A stretch of DNA of 64,000 nt, from NCBI GenBank assembly GCA_013239625.1, contig MU053934.1:2039031-2103030 (forward strand), read 5' to 3'. The notes beneath the pieces are model-generated. The model had not been told where the DNA came from. It did not search any database and saw only the letters and a program-made list of their open reading frames with translations. The stretch is from Lama guanicoe. Lineage: Eukaryota. The position numbers were made by a program, and so were the translations under genes. Position 1 is the first letter of the stretch. Each line of letters starts with the position of its first letter. Below, in pieces: positions 24,723 through 38,220 of the stretch.

Positions 24723-27185
24723 ACTGGATCATCTCTGATCCTTCCTAGTTCTAGCAGTCCACCATCTTAAAGAAAAACACTGAAGAAGAGACAACAGGAT
24801 TAGAGAACAAAAAGAGAAAAGAAGTCTCCTTTCCAAGGGTTCTACTCAGATCATAGAAGAGTCTTCTTCATAATTCATCAGTCAGTAAATCCTTGTTACT
24901 TGGAAAGAAAATTTTGTATCCTGGGCAATAAAAAAATCCAATTTCAACCTCTCCTTCAGATTATAAAAGCAGCAAGTCCGCTATACTTTTAGTGATCTGG
25001 AGTTGAACTGTGGTGCTTTTATCCATGTGTGCTTAATAAATATTCGTATCCTAAGCAACCAGGAAAGCTTAAACAGGGGCACAACTCATGTGCACGTACA
25101 CAAACACACAGACACACACACCCTACAAAGCCAGGAAATCAATTATGCTGGAGACTGGCAAGATGCCCCAAAGACACAGCAGGAATTTGATATGAACAGC
25201 AGGATGAGGAAGGAGAATGAATAATTCAGACTCCCTGATTCACTTAACAAAGTTCTGTCAAGCCCAAGCTGAGACCCATGGTTTGTGAACTGAGCTCCCT
25301 CATCTGAAAGCAACATGGGCTGACTGTCTGAATGGAAAGCTAACTGTGCCTGCTCTGAAGGTGGGAGAGGGAAGAAATGACCAACTTGCAGCTAGAATAC
25401 GTTACGTTATTTTTCTGAGAGCCAGTTCATCATGAGACCAAACTTGAAAGCAGACAATGTTTTCATATTGTCCTTAGCAAAGGAAAAAAAATTCATATTT
25501 TATTTATGCCTACCCTCTTTAAGGAAGCCTCCATTAGACTAGAAAGCCAAAGGAAACAAGATAATGGGGAAGGGAGAAGAAAAAATTATCAGCCAGAATA
25601 GCTGCAAGTATACAGACACCTTCCCTACCCACAGTGTCCTACTTCCAAGGTGGAAGAGAGTTCCCAAGCACTAACTGTCTTTAAACTACCAATGATGACT
25701 GATTTATGACCTATTCATCAGTTGCTCAACCTAAGTCCCACATTATTTTCAGACACAAGCAATTCTAAAAACAGATCCAGATCTATATCAAGTATTAATC
25801 AGTCATCACAAACTCTCAGTTTGTTGGAAACCAGGGTTTTGTATTGTAGACTGAAAAAAAAAGCTGCTATGGAAATGACTGAGGGATGAAAAAGAAAGGG
25901 AAATAGCCCAACTTGTTTTCACGTGTCTGTGACAGGTTTGGTGTTTTTTATCTTCCATTTTTGTTTTTTTTTTTAATGACAAGAATAAAATATTTGTAAT
26001 CATTCAGCATTTAAATCTCTCAGATCTATGATATTCACTGATGCAAGTAATTCTTTTAGCCCTGAATTTGTGAAATGTTACTGTAAATAACACACCAAGA
26101 ATGTATTAACTTCTAAACACAACAGTACTAAAATCATGTTGGTATAAAAAATCACAGGAAGAGAACAAATTTGAGGCTCCTCAAATTCTTCTAAGGCTGG
26201 GAAGATACAGAAAGAAGCTCTACGCAATAAATAGATCTTAAATATTATACTAGTTGAGTAGCCAAAAGCAGATTTTATCAAGCAATCACTACCACAAATA
26301 AGTGCACTCAAGCATGAGCTCACATTTGAAAAAAACCATTTCAAAAATTAACCTAATTCCTCAAAGTCACCAAAAGCAACAACCTCTCTAAAATTCAAAT
26401 GGCTAATAGGAGATACTTCAGTCCTAAAAGCAAAGATGAAAGAGCATTTAAAAAAAAAAGTAAAAAATAACAGCCTTCTGGTGATGATAACCAAATTTTC
26501 CTATTTACATCAGGTCAGTCCCCAGAGAACTAGTCTGTCGGCCCATCATAGAGGTGAGTGATACAACAGCAGTGACTCAAACCAGGGACCCTATTAGAGC
26601 AGAAGGCATCTATACCAGGTAGAAATTTCATGCTCACACTCTGTATTACAGATCACCATCCAAGGGTTCAGGAGGCAAGTTTCCGAGGGTCACAGGCAGA
26701 AAAGGGCCTTTAATTTCCAAATGCTTAATGACTGGTACTTCTAGAAATTAGATAATACAAAGTCTTACTTGCCATTTCTTTTGTCAAAGAATACTAAGGC
26801 TGCTGCTGATCAATTTTACAAGCTGGAAATGGATGACAATCTTACCAGAATAAGAATCAAATTTATTCTCTTATTTGGTGAGGTTGGGGCAATGGGATTT
26901 TTTTTTCAAAGCTTCCCAGATGGTGCTAATGGGCAGCCAGGATTATGGAATATGGTCTACTTAAATCTGGAAACAAAGGAGCTAGCAGGACTACTTAACT
27001 AGTGAAATCAAGGGTAATACCTTAGAAGAAAGTTTTGGCCTCTGAATACGACTTTTGTTTGAAATGATGATCTCTAACAAAAGAACAAAGTACCACTCAG
27101 TGATCATTCACCCTAAAAAGCCAGGATAAGTATTCTATATAAATAGAGTTCTCTGAGTTCTAAAATCTTGTAATCTAACCATTAA

Positions 27186-29470
27186 CCATCCAATAAACAT
27201 TGGGCCTACTATATATCAAATATTGTGCTAGATGAGGAGAATTTAAAAAAAAAAAAAGATCACAGCATAATCTCTACCCTCAAGGAACTTACAGTTTGGT
27301 AGCAGATCAAAGTAAATAGACAGTGAGATAAATGCTAGAAAGGGAAAAGTACAAGGTTCTATGATATCAGTCAGAAGAGTTCCTAGCCCCATTTTAGACA
27401 TTCAACAAAAGGTTCCCAGAGGAAACTGATCTCTAAACCAAGATCTCAGAGGTGACGGTTAGTGCAGTATAGGCAGAAAGAGAAATTTACGGAGGTAATT
27501 TCCAATAGAGGTGTATGGTCTATGTATGCATCAGTCAAGGGTTTGAGAGATGAGGCAGGAGCTGGATCACCAGTGCCATTTAGTGGGACTAAAGGGCAAT
27601 GACATGATCAGCGCTGTTTCAGAAGGATCACTCTAAGAAAGATCACTGCAATGCAGTGACATGGGATGGAAGGGACAGAACTAAAGGCAGAAAGACCACT
27701 GTGTAAATGGTGGCACCAGTCACTGACTTGCCCAAGGGCAGAGTTTGGCAGAAAGAGCAGATGAGAGGTCAGTTTTAGACACCCTGGGTTTGCAGTATCT
27801 GTGGGGCATCCAAGTGCAGATGTACACAGAGACAAACATCTGAAGTGCAGGAAAGAGATCTAGGCTCGAGATAGCAATGTGGAAGTTGGCAGCACACAGA
27901 TGGCAGATAAAGCCCCAGCAATGGGCACGCTTGCCAAAAGAGAGCATGTATAATAAAGAGGAAAAAAAGGTCTACAGAATCCTGAGGAACAGCAACTTTT
28001 AAGTGATGGGCTGAGGAAGAGACTAAGAAAGGGGACTGGCCATTTTTTAAGGATAGTGCCAGAGAAGCCAGGGGAAAAGAGGCATTTCAAGAACACAGAA
28101 GATAGAAAAGGATATTCACTGGATCTAGCTATAGGGGAGTTTCTGATGAGATTGGGGGAAAGAGTTCCAATGCTGTCGTTCAGGAAGAAACCAGACTAAA
28201 ATGGGTTTAAAGGGTATAGACAATTATTTCAAGAAGCTGGTCTGTAGAAGTGAGAATATTTAAAGGACCAAATATGCTAGATTTTATTTATTTTTTATGA
28301 GATAAACATGTATGTAGTTGATAAGAAAAGATACAGGGGGCAGATTTTAAAATCTAAGAAAGAGATCCAAGTAGGATTCACCACACACAGAAAGATACAT
28401 CTTTCACTATAACAGATAAAATTTGTAGGTTTGGTGGCAGGAAGTTAAAAGAGTTCCAATTTGATACCTTCTATTCTACCTATAAATTAAGAGGCAAGAC
28501 TTCTTGCTGCAGGTGAAGAAAAAGTGAATGTAGGACAATGAGGAATATCTGAAACAGCCACTGTGGCAAGTCCTCAAGAGAGGTCACTTAGAAAAATTGC
28601 CAGACAGGAGTCAAGGGTCCAGGAAAGGATGGAAATCATGAAGACAGACATCTGTATTGATCTATACGTGGGGTTTTGCTAGGTAGGTAAAACAAAATGA
28701 AAATAAAGAGAGAATACCGGCCAAAGGGCTATTTAAGCAAAGGACCATGCAATCTAAACAAGATAGGGAAGGAAGCAAAGACAGTGGAGTCAACAAAAAG
28801 GGAGAGAGCAGAGAGATGGCCAAGACAGTAAACTTCTCAATGACACTGGAGAAAAGATGCAGTGGGAGTAAATGAATGTGAGAACTCAAAGAGTCGTAAT
28901 GAGAAAATGAGATGCCTATCTAAATTTTCAGAAGCAGCTCCAGACTGACAAGACCCAGAGAAGACAAGACCCAGTCCGTGCCCTCAGAAAAGGCGGTGAG
29001 AGTGCAACTCAAGGCAGGGAAGCTGACTGATGAAAGAACTGAGAGATGGGACTAGCCAAGGTGCTGAGTCCATCATCAGCACAGACACTGGAACCTCCTA
29101 CAATAATAACATTACTTAAGATCCAAATGCCAAAGTTGTTTTGTTTTTCAAATGAGGGAAGGAGGCAGGGTAATCAATAAACAACAGCACTGAGTAAGGA
29201 AAGAGGGTAGATTATTAGCCAGATAACTAGAGCTTTATGGGAGCTTTAAAGATCGCTTCTTGGTCTTTTGGCTAAGATCAAGTGTAAAGGAGCAGGGAAT
29301 TTCATCCAAAGGTTGAAGATTAGACAGGAGTACTGGAGAGGGGGAAGAGAAAGGACAGGATACTGACCTCCCTAATGAAGAAAAACAAAAAACACCCATG
29401 AGGAGAGGGGATGTAATGTCTGCAGAAGGAAACCAAATTCAGTTAGGAGAAAGGGGTAGAAATAACATGC
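27186..29470 (-). mobile_element. Long degraded L2 LINE
   Basis: Reverse L2 3' end ccatccaataaacattgggcctactatatatcaaatattgtgctag...ctaccctcaaggaacttacagtt; internal gatgagaggtcagttttagacaccctgggtttgcagtatctgtggggcatccaagtgcagatgt. Confidence 0.75.
29252..29286 (+). pseudogene. 3'-truncated U2 snRNA retrocopy (U2 nt 1-35)
   Basis: ATCGCTTCTTGGTCTTTTGGCTAAGATCAAGTGTA versus U2 5' end ATCGCTTCTCGGCCTTTTGGCTAAGATCAAGTGTA: 33/35 identical, two C>T changes. Confidence 0.9.
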
Positions 29471-30189
29471 AGTTAAAAAGCTAAATATGAAGAAGTTTGT
29501 TTACTACGCAACAGAGAAAATGGGACAGCCGATGAGGGAAGAAGCCACTGGAAGGTCAGGTCCCAAGGGAAAAAGCATAAAGTCAGTCCTGAGATCACTG
29601 CACTACACAGATGGCCATAGCTGCTTACATTCTGGAGGCTGACCAAGGAGTGCAGAGTTGAAAGGAATGATCTTTTTGGCTGCTGCAAGGTTTCTAAAAA
29701 AAAATAAAAAACAAAAAGAATCCCAACAATTGCTTAATAGAAAACTGGAGGGTGCAGACGGACTTGGGCCTTCTGATAGAAGCCTGCATCAGCCAGGTTT
29801 AAGTGAGCCAGAATCTAGGCTGCAGACCCAGAAGGGGCTATTTCAACCCCACATGACCAACCATATATTAAAAACAACGGCAGCCTCTGCCGATTGGAGA
29901 GAGAGGGTGCCCTCAGGCTCTGCAAGGAAGAAGCCATGGCCTAGAATATCTACTTTGCCACAGCAGACAAGAAAACTCTCTAAGTAGAGTCAGCTATGAT
30001 CTGGACCCATCTGGGCTGATAAGATCAGGCACCAGATTCAGGCTTCTACTACCTTCAATAACAATGATTGATCGACCAATAAATAATGTCAAATAAATAA
30101 TGAGGTGCTCAAGATTCAAGAATTTTGATGCCTCTAATAAGAAAGTTAATAAGTTCAACAATTAATTTTTTACAAATCTAACATATGTA

Positions 30190-30380
30190 ACTGCTCCTGT
30201 GCTAAGTGCTTTACTTGTAATTAGTTTTCACAACTCTATGAGGTGGGAACTATTACTAACATTTTACAGATGAAGGAACTGAGCCTCAGGGAAAGTAAGA
30301 AACTTGCCCAAGGTTACAAATTTACTAAACAGAAAGCCAATGGGACTCTAAACCCTAAACTCTTAACCATGAGCTCTATG
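30190..30380 (-). mobile_element. MIR SINE
   Basis: cacaactctatgaggtgggaactattactaacattttacagatgaaggaactgagcctcagggaaagtaagaaacttgcccaaggttaca. Confidence 0.85.
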
Positions 30381-30537
30381 CCGGACTCTCACCACACCAG
30401 TGGATGTTGCCAATATGTCTCTGAATTGTATTTCTCTCAAATATACAATTCAAAATATAGTTATTAGTAGGGAGAATACAAAAAAATAAAAGGTATGGTC
30501 CTAAAGAAAACTAAGTCTGGTTAGACAGACAAGAGAT

Positions 30538-30561
30538 ACACACACACACACACACACACAC
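30538..30561. repeat. (CA)n microsatellite
   Basis: About 12 AC units. Confidence 0.9.
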
Positions 30562-31465
30562 AAAGGAAAGCAACAACTCAAAACTATACTTGCGTACCAA
30601 GATTATGATAATGATAACAAGGATTTGAAAGATAGCTATATTCAATAGATTTTTAATTCTCTGTCCAAGGCAATAAACTTCCTAACAGCCCATTCATCTA
30701 AGCTTTCAGACTTCTCAAATGGAAGAGATGAGGTTAAATTCCTTAGGAAATACTTGAGTAAATTACACCAAGACACCAGAAAAAAATGAAGTTAAGTGGA
30801 CTGAAATGAACACCTGCTCTCCTGAATCTTGAACTCTATCCTAATCCAAATATTTCCCCCTAGTAAACTTAGTTTCCATGTACTAAAGCCCCATTTTGAC
30901 CCAGAGCAGGCAAAAATTAACCCTCACTGATTATGTCTAATGGGCCATTTATATCCTATAGGTCTTGCATCTTGCCTTTATCTAAATTTGACAAGTTTGA
31001 GGCTGAGCGAAAAACAAAACAGCTACAAGGAGGTGAGGCACGGATGTACTCACCTCTGGAAACTCAGCAGCATGCTTTAAGCACACTTACTCATATAGCA
31101 ACTGAGCTTCCATACCACTTTTTATGTATATTTTGACATTTAATATATTTAAATTATATGTTACAATAATACATATTTAAAAATAAGAAAACCACTCACA
31201 CAACTCAGATTTATAACTTGTTATTACTATGCTTCTTCCATTTTAAATTTGGTCAGTCAACAATACACATTGGCTATCACTGAATTTAGAGTTGTAAGCC
31301 AGGCAGAAATTTGAATTAATTTCTGCAATAATTGGGATTAACCAGATAATTTAAAAATTCTCTTAATCTAGGAATTTAGAATTCATATGCTATAGGAAAT
31401 AGAACTATTTCCAAACAGCTGTAACCTAACTCCAAAGAAAGGCTGCATTTCTTTCCCCACCCAGC

Positions 31466-31926
31466 TTTTTTTAAATTGAAGAATAGTTGATTTACAATGT
31501 TGTGTTAGTTTCTGGTGTACAGCAGAGTGATTCAATTATACATCCATATTCTTTTTCAGATTATTTTCCACTATAGGTTAGTATAAGATATTTACTATAG
31601 TTCCCAGTAGGTCCTTGTTATTTATCGATTTTATATATCATAATATGTATATGTTAATCCCAAACTTTTAATTTATCCCTCCCTCCCACCCCTTTCCCCT
31701 TTGGTAACCATAGTTTGTTTTCTATGTCTGTACATCTATTTCTGGTTTGTAAATCAGTTCATTTGTTTCATTTTTTTTTTATAATTCCACATATAAGTGA
31801 TATCATATGATATTTGTCTTTCCCTGACTTACTTCACTTAATATGATCATCTCTGTCACTGCATGGCATTATAGTCCATCCATGTCACTGCAAATGGCAT
31901 TATTTCATTGTTTTTTATGGCTGAGT
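31466..31926 (-). mobile_element. LINE-1 3' end (artiodactyl-type 3' UTR)
   Basis: ttttttaaattgaagaatagttgatttacaatgttgtgttagtttctggtgtacagcagagtgattca...attccacatataagtgatatcatatgatatttgtcttt...tttttatggctgagt. Confidence 0.9.
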
Positions 31927-32509
31927 TCCCATACGACACTTTAAGCTACCTGAGAGCACTGTCTATGTCTCTGCCTAATACAGCCCTAGATCCCTCAGAG
32001 CAGCTTCCCTCAGCCCCACATATAAATGAACTCACCTTCAATTCCCCACTGTGGAACAGAAAACAGAATGATACCCTGCTTTACTTCCAAACCTCTCAGA
32101 GGCAGAATGAGATATGGAATGGTACTTGAAGTGCTCTGACTCTTAATTAAGAAAAATGTGATATACGAATGCATAACAATAACACGTTTACCATGTAATA
32201 TCTAAACAGCCCTCTTCTACTACTAAAAACCAACTAAGGCACAGACATAATACACATAAACTTAAGTACATACCAGTGTTTAAAGCTCAAGCAAAGCTAA
32301 ATTCATCTTTGCCCCCTCACTCCTGGAAGGACCAATTTGATTATAGGTCAGAATGTGCATCCTCAAAATGAATAGAATTGTTCCAAATAATGTTGCTGAA
32401 GTAGCAGTTGAGGCTAAAATGGACTTCAGCCATTGGACTCTGACCATCATCAGAGGCAGTTAGTGAAATACAGGTATGCTAACCAGGGAAAACAGTAGAA
32501 AAACAGTTA

Positions 32510-33063
32510 TGTGCAGTGGTTTCAAAGTATGTCCACAAATTCTGTGATACTATTGCCTTCAAGAGGTGGAGCCTAATTCTCCCCTTGAGAGGAACTAGAC
32601 ACCCGCTCTTAACAGATAAAGCAGCAATGATAGTGCACACCTCAGGAACAGGTCATAAAAGGCACTGCCCTCCTTCACTTCTCTCTCTTACCTGATCTCT
32701 CATTTGATTACTCACTTTAAGGAAGTTCTGCATATAATGAAGACACTCAAAGAGCCTAAGGAGAAGACCACATTAGAAGGAACTAAGGCCTCCTGCCAAA
32801 AGCCAGTGAAGAACTGACAACATGCCAAAAGCCATGAAATGAGCCATCCTGGAAGTGGATCCTTCAGCTCCAGTCCAGCATTCAGATGATGGCAGCAGCC
32901 CAGGCAACAGCCTGACTAAAACCTCATGAGAAATTCTGAGCCAGAACCACACAGCTAAGCTGCTCCTAAATTTCTGACCCACAGAAACTATGCGATAATA
33001 AACATTTGTTGTTTTAAGTCAGTAAGTATGTAATTTGTTACACAGCAAAAGATAACTAACATA
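32510..33063 (+). mobile_element. MaLR solo LTR (MLT1F-like)
   Basis: tgtg...tccacaaattctgtgatact...caagaggtggagcctaattctcccc...gagccagaaccacacagctaagctgctcctaaatttctgacccacagaaact...aataaacatttgttgttttaag...gataactaa. Confidence 0.88.
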
Positions 33064-33220
33064 GCGGGCATGCTGTAACACACTAGGTTGTGAACCCCAA
33101 ACCCTCATGAAAGGTTCCTCCAAGGTTCTGGAAACAGGTACCATCAGAGAGGAGCACACCAAGTATTTCAGTAACTTCCTCTTCTGCTTCAGAAATGTCT
33201 AAAAGAAATATCCTAAAAGC

Positions 33221-33531
33221 CAGAAATATGGGCCATTTACCTAATTTAAAATTTTCTAGTAGCCATATTTAAAAGGGTGTAAAAGGAAATATGTAAGAAT
33301 AATTTTAACAATATACTTTACTGAATACAACATATCTAAAATACTAGCATTTCAAAATGTCAATATAAAAACATACCTGATATTTTTAAAATTTCAATTA
33401 AATTTTTTTAGACTGAGTCTTTAAAATTTAGTGTATATTTTATGCTTCCAGAACATCTTAATTCGGACTAGCCATATCTCAAGTCCTTGACAGTTACATG
33501 TGGCTAAATGGCTACTGTCTTAGATGGAGCA
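33221..33531. mobile_element. MER33-like hAT element
   Basis: taatttaaaattttctagtagccatattt...aacatcttaattcggactagccatatctcaagt...catgtggctaaatggctactgtcttaga. Confidence 0.8.
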
Positions 33532-36500
33532 GGTCTAGAGGATTTCTTCTGCAGCTCATTGCCCTTTTAAAACATAAGTGCATAGCCCAAAGATGTGAAA
33601 GTAAAAATTTTTTAAATACCTAAAGGATCCTTTTTTATTTTCTCTTGAGATATCTCATTTGTATAGGTCCCCAAGCTGAGAAGGAGTGCCCTCCAAGGAA
33701 GGAAAGAAGGAGAGAAAGAACAGTGTTTGATCACTGTTAACAAAAGGAGGGACCACTTTGAAAAACTGAAAAGAACTAATTCTACCTACAAAACACCAAC
33801 ACCCAGAATCAGGGTAAGTACAGAGAATATCACCCCCATTTTTAACTGTTTCTCTCATCATTCGTCTGTCTACCCATTACATACACAACCCTATATTCAT
33901 CTGAAAAAGAAAGATTCAGTCTGTTCTGAAGTGGAAGGTTTGGAAGGGGCTGGGGGGGAGGGAAGGGGAGCAAAGCAGAACATCTGGCTTTCTCTAAAAA
34001 CACTTTCTCCAACTAACACATTTGCCTCCCCTCCACCAAGAGTGTTATATTCTAGGACCACGGCTTTAAAGGAGGTCAAATCAAACCCAGAGCCTTCAGC
34101 AGACAGTAATCTCAACAAGACAATCTACTTCAGTGCCACCACAGTCACTCTCTTCCTCCTCCTGCTCCTACTGCTTGAGAAGCTAGATTCAGACCATCAT
34201 GGAAAAAAGCCCAGTTGTGTGAGTCACTGCAGCCACCCCAAGGGGCCTGGGCAAAATCCAGAGGACAGCTGGAAACAGCTGTTGTGAGATCAACTGCAAC
34301 TGGGAGGGAGGGAGGAAAGAGAGGATAAATTCATAGTTTATTATACATGATCCAATTCTGGCCTCAGAAAAGCTGGGTTTTATTTTCTCTGCAAACAGAA
34401 AGTTTCTTCTCCCTTTTTACTTAAGATTCTTCTAGACTTCTAATTTGTTTTCCTACTAGCCAAAAGGACGTAGATCTTCACACATTAGTACCTGAGTTCC
34501 TGAAGAAAAGGACCCCTGGTCCAGATATTGTCCTAAAATGAGCAGTGTAACAACAGGTACCTTTCCTAAATGAGAATTTCTCAGAGTCTGACAGGTAAGG
34601 AAACAAAATGGATTCACTGGCATCTGACACATGTAAACTATCATTAACGGGCTCTGGCTGAGACACAGGGAACTAAGCATCCTCTCCTAACTGGTCTCAG
34701 TGCACCCAGACAGCCTCCTTCAAAGCCCCTGTGCCTACAGTTCCAATGGTCTTGAGCAACACCACTCCAGGGTGGTCAGTCTTGAGTTCTTCAGTCATTT
34801 TAGACATTCATGCTGTAGAAATAGCGCATATCCTTCCAATTCACCAGCCAGACCATCCAAGAGAATAGAAGAAGCGCTGCCTTCAGAAAAGGTCTTTAGA
34901 GAGTTTTAAAAGCCAATGAAAAGGCCCTTCAACTCTCCCGGCTGCCCACTTGCCATCAGTAACACTGTTCCTAAAGTAAGGTACAAAGATTCAAAATGTG
35001 TCTGTACCTTATCCTCCTGAGTGTTACCTTTCACTACAGAACTTTAGTTATTTCTTCTACAAATATTTTTTTAAATATTTACTATATTACATCATGTATA
35101 GAACCTGTTACAACCAACTTCCAAAGCCAGTCATGGGAGATCCTGTAAACGCAGAAGGAAGTAAGATGGAGGGGAGTGCAGAGGAAAGTCTGAGTCAGCT
35201 TGCAGGGTCAGGGGAAAGTTTCCCTTGTCCTCCCAGGTTTAAGATTAAAATAATTAATGACAACATCAGAAAAAAAAAGAAGTGAAAGTCAGAAAAATTC
35301 TGTCAGTTGTCACAGTTTACATTTTGGATCCACTTTTATCCTCCTTTATGTTTCACCTTTCCAAGTAAACAACAAATCTAGAAAAATAACTGGTACAATT
35401 TTCTTCTAAATATAGTACACTTTATCACCCACAAATTAGCAAGGTATATGACCCTTTACCCTATTTACACCATCAACTTAAACTGCTATTTAATTTTGGC
35501 TAAGTTTATATATCACCTACCCAACTACATTGAAATCCCTTACAGAACATCCCCTGCATCTTACTCTTCCTGCCCACACAACCTCACAAAGAGTAGAACC
35601 TCAAACAACACCTGCTGATTAGGTTTTACTTTATATAAAATGAGTGCAGGGATGAGATAAAGAGACCGCATCTAAAATGTATAAAATGAGAAAGCAATGA
35701 AGGTGACTCCTTCCAAAAGAAGCCATCCTCCAGAAGTGGAAAAGAAGAAACCTTCTGACCAAATCTGAAAGATGACACCTGAGGCCTCTGCATCTCCCCA
35801 TGACAGTCAATCTACCAGTGACACAGCTAAAAAACCAAAGCCGCCTCCACTTTCATCCCCTTCTCTTTCAGTATGTATTTCTGATCATCACAGTAACAGT
35901 GATGGCCACTGCCATGATAGCCAGCTATTATTTTAATAAGTCTGGTCATCTGTTTTCAAGGGCAACCTGAAAAAGCCAACAGATAAGCATGTTCCAGGAC
36001 AGCTCTGGGGGTCCTTGAGGTTGAAAAGGTAAAAAGAGGTTTCTGAGAGGACTACCGTCAGCTAAAGGGTCAGAGTATATTCAACTCAAATGTGTGCACG
36101 GTAGTAACCAGTTTGTTTGTTTGTTTGTTTTTTAATGTTTTTTTTGCCCCAACCAAGGCCAAGAAAAAAGAATCATAATTAGGGTCTAAGGGCAAAGTAC
36201 AAATTGATTTTTTAAAAATAAGTGATGGAAATAATTGAACACCATACTTCAGAGGAACTTGCCATATAAGAATTTTGGTTAACTATACATTGTTGGAATC
36301 CATGCTTAGCAGACAGGAAAAAAGTTAAACATCTCAGCTCAAGGTTTCAGAGAAGACAGGTGTCTAAAAACAGAAACCAGATTTCTTAAAGGCATAACTT
36401 AAGGGGAGAACTTCTCTCAGGCATGAAATACAAAATGTGGGAATGCACTATTAATTTTACACATTTAATATCTAAAAACTGGAAATGTAAAAGTTACTGT

Positions 36501-36641
36501 TCTTATAACAATGCTAAAACATATGTACTATACTTAAACACAGGATTTTAGAGCTGAAAGGGATTGCTAGACAACAAATCAATATAATAACTATTCCAAC
36601 AGACCCTTGTGTCCAAGAAGTTCAAAGCACTTGACACTAGT

Positions 36642-36783
36642 GGGGAGGGTACATCTCAGTGGTAGAGTGTCTGCTTAGTATGCAAAAGGTCCTGGGTTCA
36701 ATCCCCAGTACCTCCATTAATAAATAAATACATACATAAATAAATAAACCTAATTACCCCCCACAAGAAAAAATTTTTAAAAA
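36642..36783 (+). mobile_element. Vic-1-type SINE
   Basis: GGGGAGGGTACATCTCAGTGGTAGAGTGTCTGCTTAGTATGCAAAAGGTCCTGGGTTCAATCCCCAGTACCTCC, then TAAATAAACCTAATTACCCCCC and an A-rich tail. Confidence 0.9.
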
Positions 36784-37529
36784 ACACTTAACTTTAATGT
36801 CATACATGTGCAGTATGAGTAAGAATTTGAGGCTTTGACTTTTGTACTTTGTGATTTGTGCTGATTTGTAACCTTTGTGTTATACGGAACATATTCACAG
36901 AAAAAGGAAGGACGAAAGGAAAACAGGGAGGGATAGGAGGAAGAAAGGCAAAAAAGGGAGGGAGGACAGAAGGGAGCAGGAATGAAAAGCAGTACTCCAA
37001 ATGTTTTTTACCTCCTTTAACAGGGAAAATGCATCCCACCTGGGGTCTCAGTATCTACCTTCCTTGTATCTGTTTTCCTTATCCTCTCTGGGATTTGTTC
37101 GTTCTTTTGTTTTTCGTTCACAGTCCTAGTTTCTCTCTCCAAACTCCTTTGTGCTTTTGCCTGTCTTGTTCCATGTCTGCCCATTGCCTCTTTACATCTT
37201 TCCCTTTACCGGCCTCCAACTCCACATCTCCACACAACACAGAAGTAAATCCCACTTAAAAGCAAACAAATTTTTTAAAATTCTTCACAATGTTACTGAT
37301 CAAACCCTTCCAGTTTAGGAAACTGAGACTCTGAGAGATTACATAATCTGCTTAATGTCACAAAACGAATAAATGACAGAACCGAAACTAAAATCCAGCT
37401 TTTCCCATTAAAGTAATAAAAGAAAGCACAGAACGTTATTTTTAAATCTGAGTAGAGAAGGTCTTTCTCAGAAAGAAACAAGATCCAAAAGCTTGAAAAT
37501 AAATACCTTATATATCTGATTAAATTAAA

Positions 37530-38220
37530 ATCTTTTATCTGGCCCCAAAACACACACATACACATACACATACAATTACATACTATTATAAACAAGTTCA
37601 AAAGACAAATGACAAACTGAATGAAAACTTTTGTAACATGAATGAAAGGGCTAATTTCCTTAATTTTTAAAAGTTCTTACTTACCAATAAGGGAAAAAAA
37701 AATTCTTTCAAACTTCAGTTCTTGACAAAGAAATACAAATGATTTTTATTTAGACATTTAAGTACCCCCTTATATTACAGAAATACAAAAGACTAAGATA
37801 ACTGTTTTTCACTTATCAAACTGGTGATACTCAAAGTATGATAACATAGTTTGCCCAGCTGACAGGAAAAAGTCACTCAACTTCATTGTTTACAGAAGCA
37901 TACAATTTTGGAGGCTGCCTGGCAATATCTATCCAAAGTTTAAATGTTTAAATACACTTAGAAACAGATTCTCAGAATCTGTCCTCATGTATGTACCTAT
38001 GTGCTCAAGAACATACATGCAGGTAGCACTGCTTATAGTAACAAAAGACTGGAAACAACCTAAATGCCTAGCAATAGGAAATGTTTAAACAAATCATGAT
38101 TTTAAAAAAACACCTTACTATGGCATACTATGTGATCAGCTCAAAAGAATGAGGCTGATCTGCACAAACTGAAACAAAATGTTCCCCAAGATGTTCTGTT
38201 CAGTGAAAAACAATGAAGAG
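37530..38220 (+). mobile_element. Old L1 (L1ME-like) fragment
   Basis: aaaagacaaatgacaaactg..., gcagg tagcactgcttatagtaacaaaagactggaaacaacctaaatgcctagcaatagg. Confidence 0.65.

Noticed and set aside
31048..31056. Isolated consensus donors on the minus strand (GAG|GTGAGT here, CAG|GTAAGT ~5996 in L1, TTG|GTGAGT ~6860)
   Set aside because: No convincing paired acceptor or promoter, and such decoys are common in long introns.
33727..34287. 186-aa plus-strand ORF
   Set aside because: TTG start, no recognisable domain or exon structure.
36642..36715. tRNA-Ala-like sequences (also 8194, 60171, 62132) as tRNA genes
   Set aside because: Diverged stems, shared SINE 3' tails and TSDs identify them as SINE copies.
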